Shown: one piece after another, positions 46,753-46,776 of the stretch
Layout: every line of letters begins with the position of its first letter
Numbering within the stretch: position 1 is the stretch's first letter
Translations under genes and position numbers: made by a program
Source of the DNA: an uncultured Oligoflexus sp.
GTDB lineage: Bacteria; Bdellovibrionota_B; Oligoflexia; Oligoflexales; Oligoflexaceae
Reading direction: 5' to 3'
DNA: 46,776 nucleotides
NCBI GenBank assembly: GCA_964236955.1
Contig: CAXSGP010000031.1
Coordinates: 1 to 46,776, forward strand
Notes under the pieces: generated by a model
Database searches by the model: none
Told to the model about the DNA's origin: nothing
The model's input: the letters and a program-made list of their open reading frames with translations, nothing else

Positions 46753-46776
46753 TAAATTAAGCCTCACGGTCTATTA
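46753..46776 (-). rRNA. rrl: 23S rRNA 3' end (partial)
   Basis: Plus strand TTAAGCCTCACGGTCTATTA is the reverse complement of the conserved 23S 3' terminus; about 160 nt upstream of 5S. Confidence 0.85.

Noticed and set aside
1..46776. CRISPR arrays, tRNAs, prophage, transposases, defence systems
   Set aside because: No repeat-spacer periodicity, cloverleaf or T-loop motifs, or integrase, transposase or defence-like ORFs were seen by eye

Overview
Mostly housekeeping bacterial chromosome. Gene style and content (many Cys-rich secreted lipoproteins, sigma54 flagellar promoter, PilZ and PEGA proteins) suggest Bdellovibrionota/Oligoflexia; this taxonomy is an inference. Left to right: pgm, an ALDH-fold gene, mnmE-jag-yidC-yidD-rnpA-rpmH (no adjacent dnaA or mnmG), secreted repeat protein-alr-VOC, HEAT and NifU-domain genes, short glmU-glmS-uvrD/pcrA, ftsB-like and TPR lipoprotein, dksA, the rplU-rpmA-obgE-nadD-rsfS-rlmH-comF-mutS run, fliK-flgD plus a Cys-repeat lipoprotein, rng-waaA-GT9, a membrane protein-PEGA/TPR lipoprotein-receiver/PilZ trio, a 123-bp palindromic MITE-like element, a two-component system with dapF, an acyltransferase and YdcF, an SDR, then 5S rRNA and the 3' tip of 23S rRNA. 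No CRISPR, tRNA, phage or transposase was seen. Best leads: an intact ALDH with its catalytic residues replaced (pseudoenzyme), a HicB-like/NifU fusion, GlmU lacking its acetyltransferase part followed by a GGA-rich glmS leader, an ERIC/RPE-like element upstream of a kinase, and two Cys-repeat secreted protein families I do not recognise. All calls are from reading motifs; no database searches were run.
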